32,652 bases of DNA from Octopus bimaculoides (lineage: Eukaryota): the NCBI RefSeq assembly GCF_001194135.2, contig NC_068981.1, forward strand, positions 188,382,153-188,414,804, given 5' to 3'. Under the pieces are notes generated by a model. That model was given only the letters and a program-made list of their open reading frames with translations, was not told the origin of the DNA and made no database searches. This document shows, in pieces, positions 23,851-32,652 of the stretch. The position numbers and the translations under genes are program-made. How positions within the stretch are numbered: position 1 is the first letter of the stretch; each line of letters begins with the position of its first letter.

Positions 23851-23945
23851 TCATTATTCAACTTATTTCAAGATTGCTTGCCAATAGAGAAAGAACCGGT
23901 TTCTAACCTAAATCCAATGCTCCTATGCATGTAGGTATATGTGTA

Positions 23946-24645
23946 TGTATTTTTATTTATTTATTTATGTGTTTCAGCCAAGTGGCTGCGGTCATGCTGG
24001 TGCACCACCGTGATTTTCACGTTCCTTGCATGGCTCTTCTCCCCCACCCNNNNNNNNNNNNNNNNNNNNNNNNNNNNNNNNNNNNNNNNNNNNNNNNNNN
24101 NNNNNNNNNNNNNNNNNNNNNNNNNNNNNNNNNNNNNNNNNNNNNNNNNNNNNNNNNNNNNNNNNNNNNNNNNNNNNNNNNNNNNNNNNNNNNNNNNNNN
24201 NNNNNNNNNNNNNNNNNNNNNNNNNTGACATAGCTGCCCTAAACTGCGTCTCATTACGAGCCATTGGTTCGTCTGGTACCGTGGAGAGGAAAGCGTCAAG
24301 TTTTGTCTTGAAGACCTCCGCATCCATGTCTTGCATGTCTCTCAAATGTTTTGGCAGGGCATTGAAGAGCTGAGGTCCTCTGAAACCGAGGCTGCTGCAG
24401 TATCTCGTTCTTACGTGAGATGCAGTGGACGGCACCTTTGGCACCATGCAGTGGCGACCCGTGCGGGCATTCCTGTGGTACTTGATACCAAAGTTTGGCA
24501 CCAGTCCTTCCAGTATTTTCCATATGTATATTATTACATATCTCTCCCGCCTGCGCTCCAGGGAGTAGAGACCTAGTGCCTTCAGTCGCTCCCTGTAGTT
24601 CATCTGTTGGACTGTGGCGATCTATTTTGTATAGTGCCGCTGAAT
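23946..24645 (-). mobile_element. CR1-group LINE 3' fragment (5'-truncated), spanning the gap at 24050-24225
   Basis: 24226-24645 encodes IQRHYTK*IATVQQMNYRERLKALGLYSLERRRERYVIIYIWKILEGLVPN..GPQLFNALPKHLR..FKTKLDAFLSTVPDEP, the C-terminus of a CR1/L2-group ORF2. The probable 3' end with a (TAAA)n tail is at 23946-24049; continuity across the gap is inferred. Confidence 0.85.
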
Positions 24646-26252
24646 TGTATATATGTAAGTATGCATGTATGTATATAGGTATGTATGTATATACGTATGT
24701 GTGTATGCATGCATGCATGTATTTATGGATGGATGGATGAATACATGTTTGTATACATGTATATATGTATGTACGCATGTGTATATATGTGTATGCGTGC
24801 ATGTATGTATATATGTATGTATGTGACCTTTAAAGCTCTTCCCTGATTCATTTTGTTTTTCTATCATTGCCTTCGAGCAGCCAGTGAATTTTCCCAGTCC
24901 CTCCGACGCCATAATAATGCATAGTTATCTGTTATTCGGTTTATTCTAGCGTAAAAAGCATGCAAAACATTAAGAAAATTTCAGGACAATGGCTACTGAG
25001 TTAGCCTAATTAAAGCGCATATGTACGAGTGTGCGTGACCACGCAGTGGTGACTGTCCTGTCAAATAAGTCCTCAGTCAAGTAACACCCAATCTCAGCAT
25101 GTAAGTCGATAGCATATCTCCAGAAACCCAAAACCCCAATGATATCATAATTCCAGTGAAACCTAAATGCGATATAGATACAGGGTGGAGAAAGCAACAT
25201 AAGGTTCGATACCTGTCAATTTCGTGCGTTCCGCTATCAACCTATAAACACAGAAAATACTCCGATTTCATTACTCTCAAGCGGTGTGTGGATTGCAAAA
25301 GAGCATGAATATTGGTGTATTGGCTCGTGTGCATAATTCTAGACAACAACAATATACAGCTGGCTGGCTGGCTGGCTGGCTGACTGGTTGGATTCGGATC
25401 AAACCACTGAATAAACAAGTTTATCTTGAGGAAAACATTTGTTCTTAGCCGTATGGACTAATGTTCACAAATATAAACCCTCACAGTATCAAACTGCTGG
25501 TGCAATTTGAGGTAATTCAATCTTGTTGCGCTAAGATGGCTCAGTGGAATAGATGTGCCGAGAGGACTAAGACTCTCTTCTCTGGAGCGAAGACGCGAAA
25601 TATGTGCAGTGATAAACGAGCCCCCCCCCCACACGCACACACAAAAAACATTGGTTTTCAACGGTTGAACTCACAGTCAGTAAAATTATAACTAAAGTNN
25701 NNNNNNNNNNNNNNNNNNNNNNNNNNNNNNNNNNNNNNNNNNNNNNNNNNNNNNNNNNNNNNNNNNNNNNNNNNNNNNNNNNNNNNNNNNNNNNNNNNNN
25801 NNNNNNNNNNNNNNNNNNNNNNNNNNNNNNNNNNNNNNNNNNNNNNNNNNNNNNNNNNNNNNNNNNNNNNNNNNNNNNNNNNNNNNNNNNNNNNNNNNNN
25901 NNNNNNNNNNNNNNNNNNNNNNNNNNNNNNNNNNNNNNNNNNNNNNNNNNNNNNNNNNNNNNNNNNNNNNNNNNNNNNNNNNNNNNNNNNNNNNNNNNNN
26001 NNNNNNNNNNNNNNNNNNNNNNNNNNNNNNNNNNNNNNNNNNNNNNNNNNNNNNNNNNNNNNNNNNNNNNNNNNNNNNNNNNNNNNNNNNNNNNNNNNNN
26101 ACAATAGCATGTATATATATATACATGCAATGGCATAACTGTGTGTGTTTCCGTATATATATATATATATATATATATAAAGTATATATATATATAAAGT
26201 ATATTCTATACGAAGTATATCCTATACAGAGAATGTCTGTCTCTCATCTATA

Positions 26253-27338
26253 CAGATGGGTTGGGCAAAATAATGGAAACACCTTAAAAGTTCAAACAAA
26301 TTTATTTTAATATGGGGTAGGAACGTCTTTGGCAGTAATTACAGCTTGAATTCTACGAGGTATAGTCTCGGACAAAGTTTGAATTGGTCCCAAAGGAATT
26401 TTTGTCCATTCTTCAGCTAAAACAGTCACCAGTTCTTGTAGAGATGATGGAGGATATCGACTCCTTACTTGTTTTTCTAAAATGCACCATAAATGTTCAA
26501 TAATATTGAGATTTGGGGGTGGCCAGATAATATTGAGATCTGTGGTGGTCAGATAATTGTTCAACTTCACTAGAATGTTCCTTGCGCCATTCAGTAACAA
26601 CTTTAGCTGTGTGAATTGGTGCATTATCATCCTGAAAGATTGCGTTTCTCTCCAGAAACAATTCCGCAACCATAGGATGAATTTGATCACATAAAATGTT
26701 TAAATAGTCTTCACTATTAATTCTGCCATGAAGAGAAACCATTAGGAAGGCGGGTTTCCAAGCTATAGCCCCCTCCCCCCATATCATCACAGACCCTCTT
26801 CCATGTTTAACAGTTGGAAATGACAGTCTGAGTCAAATGCTCCTTTTAGTTGTCTCCACACGTATACTCGGGTGGTGGTCGGAAATAAGGTAAAGGATGG
26901 CTCGTCTGAGAAAATAACACTCTTCCACTGCTCTAGGAACCAATTTTGTAGGCTTTTACTCTACTCTAAACGTTTTGCAACGTTTGTTTTTGAAAGTAGT
27001 GGTTTTCTGATTGCAGCCCTCCCGTGAAATCCGGCTTTGTGCAGCTCTCGGCGAACTGTTTTGGGGTTCTCGAGGTGGTCATTAAGCTTTGCAGTAACTT
27101 TGGGAGCTTTACCCTTTGTGATCCTTTCAAACAATTCGCGTAAGAATCAGACGCTCCCTATCTGAAAGTTTTGGTTTTCTTCTGGAGTTTTGTTTCGACG
27201 GGGAGGTTTTTCCCTCTTTCTCTTTCGGGACAGTACTTCTTGATACATCAAACATTTCGGCTGTTTTCTTTATGCTAGCGCCTGCGATACGAGCACCAAC
27301 AATTTGACCTCTTTGAAAGTCCGATAGATCTGTCATTT
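26253..27338 (-). mobile_element. Tc1 DNA transposon; one TIR visible, the other end in the gap
   Basis: TA followed by CAGATGGGTTGGGCAAAATAATGGAAACACC at 26251-26283 is a Tc1-type TIR, lying just downstream of the transposase stop. Confidence 0.9.
26307..27336 (-). pseudogene. Tc1 (DD34E-type) transposase pseudogene, near full length
   Basis: MTDLSDFQRGQIVGARIAGAS..RRELHKAGFHGRAAIRKPLL..VIFSDE..VMIWG..FQDDNAPIHTAK..LNIIEHLW..IPRRIQAVITAK..TPY*. It carries frameshifts and stops. Confidence 0.93.
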
Positions 27339-27847
27339 NNNNNNNNNNNNNNNNNNNNNNNNNNNNNNNNNNNNNNNNNNNNNNNNNNNNNNNNNNNNNN
27401 NNNNNNNNNNNNNNNNNNNNNNNNNNNNNNNNNNNNNNNNNNNNNNNNNNNNNNNNNNNNNNNNNNNNNNNNNNNNNNNNNNNNNNNNNNNNNNNNNNNN
27501 NNNNNNNNNNNNNNNNNNNNNNNNNNNNNNNNNNNNNNNNNNNNNNNNNNNNNNNNNNNNNNNNNNNNNNNNNNNNNNNNNNNNNNNNNNNNNNNNNNNN
27601 NNNNNNNNNNNNNNNNNNNNNNNNNNNNNNNNNNNNNNNNNNNNNNNNNNNNNNNNNNNNNNNNNNNNNNNNNNNNNNNNNNNNNNNNNNNNNNNNNNNN
27701 NNNNNNNNNNNNNNNNNNNNNNNNNNNNNNNNNNNNNNNNNNNNNNNNNNNNNNNNNNNNNNNNNNNNNNNNNNNNNNNNNNNNNNNNNNNNNNNNNNNN
27801 NNNNNNNNNNNNNNNNNNNNNNNNNNNNNNNNNNNNNNNNNNNNNNN

Positions 27848-27882
<35 letters not shown>

Positions 27883-29149
27883 TGGCATTCTTTTTGTCTC
27901 GGGAGACAATGGAGTTGCACATAAAATAATCTAGTCCGGTTTTTACATTTCATGTCCTAATACACCTGCTGTGGCTGTGTTGTCCTATCCTGGACAAACG
28001 CTCCCTCTGGCCAGTTTACATAAGTTTCTGTAGTCGGAGATCCGTTTCTTCTATAAATATTTATGTTGGGAAATGCTAGGGTGGGCCAGCTAAATATCTA
28101 TCATTTCTTTAAGGATGACTTAGCGGATCCTAGTTATTGTACTATCACTGAATTATGAGAGTTCCAGGAAACAAGTATTTAAAGTGTTCTTCCTTTTTGG
28201 CGGTTGTGGGTTTTGAAGGTAACTGACAATAGATGACGTGTATCTGTTGACTTTCAATACTTTTTACGATCGTTTGATTAAGATACTTCGATCTTTTTAT
28301 TTCACTGCTTCTTTACTGGATATGGCTATGTTCATTTTCATGCATCCAGCTTTAGTAAGGTTCTGGCCAAGCTGAACTGTAATGGACGAAAAGATCTCTA
28401 TAGAATAGTTCCGTAAAATTTGGTTTTGTTGTCGTTACCTTCTCGGAGTTTAAGCTGGAAATCAAGTAGTGTGAGGGAGCCACTGTTGCAGCTGTATTCA
28501 ATATTGAATCTACGTGGTCATTCATAGTCTCAAATGTTTCGTGTGTAGAGATTTCGTTACAGGAAGTTGTGAAAATGAGTATATCAGCCACATAACTGGT
28601 AAAACATTCATAGAGTAGCAGCTGTTCTGCGCTCGGCGTTTCAACAGGTTCAGATGCGTTTTGGCCAGTAGGTACGACATACTGCTTCTTATAGGTAGGT
28701 TTGACATTTTTTGTAGGTTTGATTGAAGAAAATTAAATAAATGCTGTCTACGATGATGGATAGAAGTTGATTTATGACAGATATGATGAAACCAAAATAG
28801 CAGTTTCACAATGAAGCGTTTCAAAAAACTGTTATACATCAAATTGATGACAAACGCTAAGTTTGTGCATAAATATTAATTCTTAATTTGAACCATCCCC
28901 TGTCGAGCATACGGTTTTCAAATTGTGATTTGCTTCTAACTTTCTTCGTGAGCAGAAAGATAAGAGAGAACGTTTCCTCTGATGAGGTGTCGACAAATCG
29001 TGAAACATGCCAAGTCAATTTCGTGAACTTTTAACTTACAAAAGAGAGACAGAGAAAGAGGGGACTGATGTGCATTGCAGTGGCAGTACGTTTGTATGAC
29101 GTCAAACTTCTGCATCTCATCCTCTTTCAGTTTCCTTTTAATGTTTGGA

Positions 29150-29202
29150 CCTTTTCCTGTCTCTTTTCTGTCTCTTTCTCTCCCTCTTTTTCCCTCTCTC
29201 TC

Positions 29203-29245
<43 letters not shown>

Positions 29246-29309
29246 GACACAGAGGAATAGGGAAATTAAGACAAGAGGAATGAAATATTCAAATGAAGAG
29301 AACTGTACA

Positions 29310-29369
<60 letters not shown>

Positions 29370-29410
29370 AAGAGAGAGAGGGGGGGGGAGACAGACAGAC
29401 TGAGAAGGAG
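29150..29410. repeat. (CT)/(CTGT)/(TA)/(GA) compound microsatellites
   Basis: Direct reading. Confidence 0.93.
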
Positions 29411-29940
29411 AAAGAGAGAAATGAGTGATGGTGTTGATGTCAATGGCTTGAAAAGTGAATAGACATAAACATTTCGTTGCAAATCTCTCCGTTACTGATC
29501 AACTAATGTAATTTTCATTTGATTCCTTTACACCGTGCTTTCACTTCAAATTGTCTTTAATTACGTAACAACGAGAATTCATAGCGAATTACAGTACTTT
29601 CAAAATTAGATGAAACATTTACATCTGATAAGTATTTCACCTTAAAAACAAAATCTTTCGTTTACCGAATAACTTTTTAATAATAATAAAAAACGGACGT
29701 CCTTTTTTATAGACATACAGCAGCATTCTTCCGTATTAACTGAATGCAATTTTTGTCCTTTTAGTTACATCGCACAGCGATGAAGTGCAGAAGATGAAAT
29801 GAAAAAGATAATAAATTAAATTTATATTTGCAGCAGCAACGTTAAACCAGTGACAGTCATTAAGTATTTGGACCTATTAGATATAGCAGTCAAATCACTT
29901 CCACATTACCAGCTTTTAGCTCATAATATATAAATATATT

Positions 29941-30027
29941 TACTCTTTTACTTGTTTAAATCATTTGACTGCGGCCATACTGGAGCACCGCCTTTAGTCG
30001 GACAAATTGCTCCCAGGCTTTATTCTT
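29941..30027 (-). mobile_element. SINE family A 3' tail fragment
   Basis: tactcttttacttgtttaaatcatttgactgcggccatactggagcaccgcctttagtcg. Confidence 0.85.
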
Positions 30028-30042
30028 CATATAATATATAGT

Positions 30043-30363
30043 GAAGGCGCGTGGCTTAGTGGTTAGGGCATTCGGCTCAGGATCGTAAGGTCGTGAGTTC
30101 GATTCCCGGCGACGCGTTCTGTCCTTGAGCAAGACACTTTATTTCACGTTGCTCCAGTCCACTCAGCTGGCAAAAATGAGTAGTATTTGTATTTCAAAGG
30201 GCCGGCCTTGTCACCCTATGTGTTACGCTGAGTCTCCCTGAGAACTACGTTGGTGGGTACACGTGTCTGTGGATTGCTCAGTCACTTGCACGTTAATTTC
30301 GCGAGCAGGCTGTTCCGTTGATCGGATCAGCTGGGACCCTCGTCGTCGTAACCGACAGAGTGC
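30043..30363 (+). mobile_element. tRNA-derived SINE (CORE-like body, tail 1), full length
   Basis: A box tggcttagtgg, B box gagttcgattccc, body gtccttgagcaagacactttatttcacgttgctccagtccactcagc, and a tail shared with 1321-1677. Confidence 0.9.
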
Positions 30364-30642
30364 TCTATATATATATATATATATAGGGAGAGAGAGAGAG
30401 AAACAAAGAGTAATTCAAAATGAATGATGCAAAAAAAGAAAGCATACCTAATGAATATATTGCAACGTTACAGGTGCAGCACGCAAGTTTAACTCTCCAA
30501 GATCTGTTTAGCAGCCAAGATAATCTTGCCTTTCCCGAAATGAATCCGTATTTTTGATAATGCATTCATTACAACACCCACATGTACGATATCTTTTTTG
30601 TGCCATTTCTTCTGAACAACCCGGTGTGTGTGCGTGTGCGCG

Positions 30643-30674
<32 letters not shown>

Positions 30675-30683
30675 CGAGAGAGG

Positions 30684-30715
<32 letters not shown>

Positions 30716-30759
30716 AGCGTAAGACTAAATGCTTTCCAGTATTTGCTCCACACTTCTGA

Positions 30760-30812
30760 ATTCAAGACCCGCTGAGATCAGCTTTGCTTTTCATTTTTTT
30801 CGGGGCGATGGG
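30760..30812 (+). mobile_element. SINE family B, short degraded fragment
   Basis: gaattcaagacccgctgagatcagctttgcttttcattttttcggggcgat resembles gagttcaaattccgccgaggtcgactttgcctttcatcctttcggggtcgat. Confidence 0.5.
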
Positions 30813-31295
30813 CCGAATCCTTAGAGTGTCTAATGAGTTGCCATGCTGCAGAATTTCTTCTAGCTTTTTGCATTCTCTGGTCTTGTTTTGTAGACCTAGT
30901 TTCAAACAATCAACTCACCAACTTCATTCTACGAGGATATCCCCTCACCACCATCCACACCACCCTTGCCAAATCACGTTCCGTGGACCGTGCATCTGCT
31001 CTCTCCCCCCGAACCCACCCTGCCGTCTTCCGCCTCCCTTTCCCCTCACCTACCATCCTACCACCCTACCTCTCCAACGCACCATTTGCTATATATATAT
31101 TGTAATTTTTGCGGTCATTTGAAGAAATTTAATTAAATCGACTCCGGTATTTACATTAGATCTATTTAGCTTTATTTTTTTGCACTACTAAGTTTTGAGG
31201 ATGCGAACAAAAATTTACACACTTCGCCAAGCGGTGAGACACAAGCACGCATAACAATACATTATATGTATCCATGTATGTGTGCATGTACATAC

Positions 31296-31303
31296 ATAGA
31301 GAG

Positions 31304-31334
<31 letters not shown>

Positions 31335-31500
31335 CTAACAGATAGATAGATAGATAGATAGATAGACTAACAGATAGATAGATAGATATAGATAGATAGA
31401 TAGATAGATAGATAGAGATAGACAGATATAGATAGATATAGATAGATAGATTGACAGACATAGACAGATTGATAGATAGATTGACAGATAGGTAGGTAGG

Positions 31501-31534
<34 letters not shown>
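31296..31534. repeat. (GATA)n tetranucleotide array
   Basis: Direct reading; source of the YLSI-repeat ORFs. Confidence 0.97.
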
Positions 31535-32360
31535 TACACACTTTTCGTACATATCTTCGATGATTATGTTCAAAGTAGAGTTCTTTCAAACTTATTACTC
31601 AATATATTCTAATGTTGAACGTGTGCGTAATTTTAGAGACCATTCTACGGTCGTTTCAATCACCTTTGATCTTGACAAGATCAAAAATAATTCAAACGTC
31701 CGTAATGTGCTCTCTAAAGTGGTGTGGAAGAGTGTATGTGTGTATGTATGAGTGTACGCACACACTCACACACACACACAAATATATATATATATATATA
31801 TATAAACAATATATGAGTATATCCATATATATATGTACATGTATGTATATACGTTCATCCACATGTACATATAGATGCATAACTGGGTACATGACGTGGC
31901 AAAAGAACAAGGACAAAAATGGTAAACAAGGTGCAACAAACAAGCAGGCCACATAGAAACATCCCCTTCATCAGCTGCCACCATTAAAACTCCGGCGTTT
32001 CGAAGAATTAAATATATATATATATATATATATACACATACACACAAGCAAACGCATGCACCCCCCTACACACATGTTCCTGAATATGTGTGAGTCTATA
32101 TATACATACGTACCTACATACCTAGATATATATATACATACAAACATACATACATGTAGACACACGCATATATGTTGATATATCTGTGTGTGTACATATG
32201 CGTGTGTGTGTATTTATGTCAAATTATACTAAAGACAATTTAACATTGAACTGAAAGACAATCCGACGAAGGCTAGAAGGCTAAAACTGCGAAGTCACTG
32301 TCAAAACTTACTTCTTAAAAGTTTAATTTATATATATGTATGTATATATATATATGTATG

Positions 32361-32401
<41 letters not shown>

Positions 32402-32403
<2 letters not shown>

Positions 32404-32635
32404 TATTTCTTTACTACCCACAAGGGGCTACACACGGAGGGGACAAACAAGGACAGACAAACGGATTAAATCGATTATATCGATTCCAGTGCGTAACTGG
32501 TACTTATTTAATCGACCCCGAAAGGATGAAAGGCAAAGTCGACCTCGGCGGAATTTGAACTCAGAACGTAGCGGGCAGACGAAATACCGCTAAGCATTTC
32601 GCCCGGTGTGCTAACGGTTCTGCCAGCTCGCCGCC
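32402..32635 (-). mobile_element. tRNA-derived SINE family B, full length
   Basis: The reverse complement reads ggcggcgagctggcagaaccgttagc..gagttcaaattcc (A/B boxes), central gtcgactttgcctttcatcctttcggggtcgattaaataagtaccag, then its own tail. Confidence 0.9.
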
Positions 32636-32652
32636 ATATATATGTATGTGCG

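Larger units (their letters stand above)
14461..27847. other. Six assembly gaps: 14461-14654, 20321-20990, 22569-22902, 24050-24225, 25699-26100, 27339-27847
   Basis: Runs of N, mostly flanked by microsatellites, as expected for a short-read assembly. Confidence 0.99.

Noticed and set aside
20112-23861. Long ORFs (up to 476 aa) rich in YI/HT/CV repeats or X
   Set aside because: They are translations of dinucleotide repeats and N-runs, which lack stop codons. The same applies to the ORFs at 13.3-15.1, 25.5-27.9, 29.1 and 31.1-32.6 kb, apart from the TE parts noted.
28352-28400. RDLFVHYSSAWP as a possible hAT dimerisation motif
   Set aside because: The diagnostic S..ER.FS continuation is absent.
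30043-30115. tRNA-like sequences at SINE 5' ends (also 622, 1610-1677, 4840-4909, 32560-32635)
   Set aside because: They continue directly into SINE bodies and lack a complete cloverleaf, so they are SINE heads rather than tRNA genes.
32263-32290. CCGACGA..AAAAC, a possible third hammerhead
   Set aside because: Both core halves are mutated and stem II is only about 3 bp; indistinguishable from chance.

Overview
Eukaryotic, AT-rich, microsatellite-dense genomic DNA with six assembly gaps. The SINE repertoire looks like an octopus (coleoid cephalopod) genome; this is recognition from memory, not a search result. Most listed ORFs are artefacts of microsatellites or N-runs. One host-gene segment is supported: a 103-nt first coding exon on + (16738-16840, MDECNTPSHVVHEHRHIKKCKSATFTLDGTSYTI, ending at a perfect GTAAGT donor). 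It resembles the KKCRSATFSIDGYSFTIV N-terminus of the long vertebrate PDE1C isoform, so the window is probably the 5' end and flanking or intronic DNA of a Ca2+/calmodulin-dependent phosphodiesterase (PDE1) gene. The rest is transposon-derived: many tRNA-headed SINEs with swapped modules, a fold-back mariner derivative, a decayed Penelope-like element, two tandem short elements carrying hammerhead-ribozyme cores, an RTE-like endonuclease remnant, a CR1-group LINE 3' end whose terminus matches a SINE tail, and a near-complete Tc1 transposase pseudogene. I cannot demonstrate a wholly new system. The best leads are the conserved PDE1 N-terminal micro-domain exon, the hammerhead-bearing (retrozyme-like) repeats, and the LINE-SINE tail pairing. 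No database searches were run.
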